A stretch of DNA of 63,655 nucleotides, counting the filler, from Octopus bimaculoides (taxonomy: Eukaryota), in assembly GCF_001194135.2 (NCBI RefSeq). It is 6 parts of 5 records of this genome, joined end to end, with 100 filler letters (N's around TTAATTAATTAA, not from the genome) between each part and the next. Parts side by side here need not be neighbours in the genome. Positions count along the whole stretch, not along the records: positions 62,527 to 63,655 come from NC_069007.1; 5 more parts are not named here. The stretch is one strand, 5' to 3'. The notes under the pieces were generated by a model. That model saw only the letters and a program-made list of their open reading frames with translations, was not told the DNA's origin and did not search any database. The first letter of the stretch is position 1. Every line of letters begins with the position of its first letter. Made by a program: the position numbers and the translations under genes. Below, one piece after another: positions 62,427 through 63,655 of this stretch.

Positions 62427-62526
62427 NNNNNNNNNNNNNNNNNNNNNNNNNNNNNNNNNNNNNNNNNNNNTTAATTAATTAANNNNNNNNNNNNNNNNNN
62501 NNNNNNNNNNNNNNNNNNNNNNNNNN
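62427..62526. other. Scaffolding linker N44-TTAATTAATTAA-N44
   Basis: Identical to the linker at 16449. Confidence 0.9.
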
Positions 62527-62587
62527 ATATATACATATATGTCTGTATATATATATGTATTATATGTATGTATATGCCTGTAATTAA

Positions 62588-62630
62588 TCAGCTGATGAAT
62601 ATTACACGTCTATTGTGTAATACATACAAT
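62588..62630 (+). ncRNA. Possible hammerhead relic
   Basis: CUGAUGA-A-UAUUACAC-gucuauu-GUGUAAUA-CAUAC: intact first core strand and a perfect 8-bp stem II, but the GAAAC strand is lost. Confidence 0.3.
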
Positions 62631-63594
62631 ACACTTTTGAATATCAGCAAAGCTAATGATTGGAATATCTTTTGTTCTGTGTTTATTTCAAATTTGTTAA
62701 TTAATGATTAAATAAAGGCATATAAAGAAACAATAAAATAAATAGAGAATTCTTTAAAATAATAAATTATCTAAAGAAGCCATTTTATTGTTGAAATCAA
62801 TTGCATTTTTAAAAGAACATTATACTAATTAAATTTTAGACTTCTATGTAAAATCCAGAATTAATTACATAAGTGTTTATATAGTGGACGAAGTTCTAGT
62901 TACATATACAGAAACACACGAACAGACACAGAAATGCACACACTTATTATAACGCATATGAATGCGCCTATATGCATGTATACATATAGACATATATGTA
63001 TGCATGCATGTATGGGCATCCATATCTGCATACATACATATATGCACACGATGTGTATGGATACATACACACACGCGTATATCCAATATATACATACATG
63101 CATATATTTGTATATGTGGTAGCTTTTCTTTGGTCAATCCGCCATTTGCCAACATTATATGACACAATACAGCATATTTCAGAAGATAATGTCAACTAAG
63201 ACTATAGAATGACAAACATAAGCGAGCGACACCGTCATGTTATATAATAATCAAATGCGATTCTCATCTTCATGATTTCATTACTTCTAAACCAGTGTTG
63301 CTATGATCCATTGCTGCTGACTATGAAATGAACCAAAAATCATATGTCCCTGTTTCATTATTTCACGGTAGAAACAGCAGTAAGAGTTTAGTATTTGTAT
63401 GCTCATCTATTCTTATTCGTTTATTTTAATTTATATATTTATTTACGTATTTATTGGCTTATTTCATTCGTTTACTTGGATCACTTACATATATGATTGC
63501 AATCAATTGATAAATAGATATAACTGAATGTTTAGAGGCTAGTGTTTGTTGATTGTTTACCCTCCCCATTTTCTTATTTGCCTTATATGTATAT

Positions 63595-63655
<61 letters not shown>

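Overview
Eukaryotic, AT-rich, microsatellite-dense intergenic or intronic DNA. The tRNA-derived SINE families and the (TA)n/(CA)n/(GATA)n/trinucleotide load look like a coleoid cephalopod (octopus) genome, which is recognition from memory and not a database result. The window is at least six pieces joined by 100-bp N44-TTAATTAATTAA-N44 linkers. I found no intact host gene, rRNA, tRNA or CRISPR array. Recognisable content is decayed mobile DNA: RTE, Tx1, HERO and R4/Dong non-LTR retrotransposons, a Penelope-like GIY-YIG fragment, Tc1 and DD37D/maT transposons, MITEs and many SINEs. The most notable signals are four. (1) Several unrelated hammerhead-ribozyme (HHR) motifs: a type-I HHR with a fully conserved core downstream of the GIY-YIG fragment (35862-35936, minus), an inverted pair of related HHR termini (41640-41835), a short repeat family with tandem minimal HHRs sharing a non-canonical position 6 (52177-52290, 61515-61550), and further minimal HHRs or relics. 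(2) A SINE subfamily whose 3' tail matches the 3' end of the Tx1 LINEs in this window, and Tx1 copies sitting in (GATA)n or (CA)n tracts. (3) A 116-bp MITE carrying telomere-like repeats. (4) A spacer-less 150-bp palindrome. All alignments and RNA folds were done by eye; boundaries of decayed elements are approximate.
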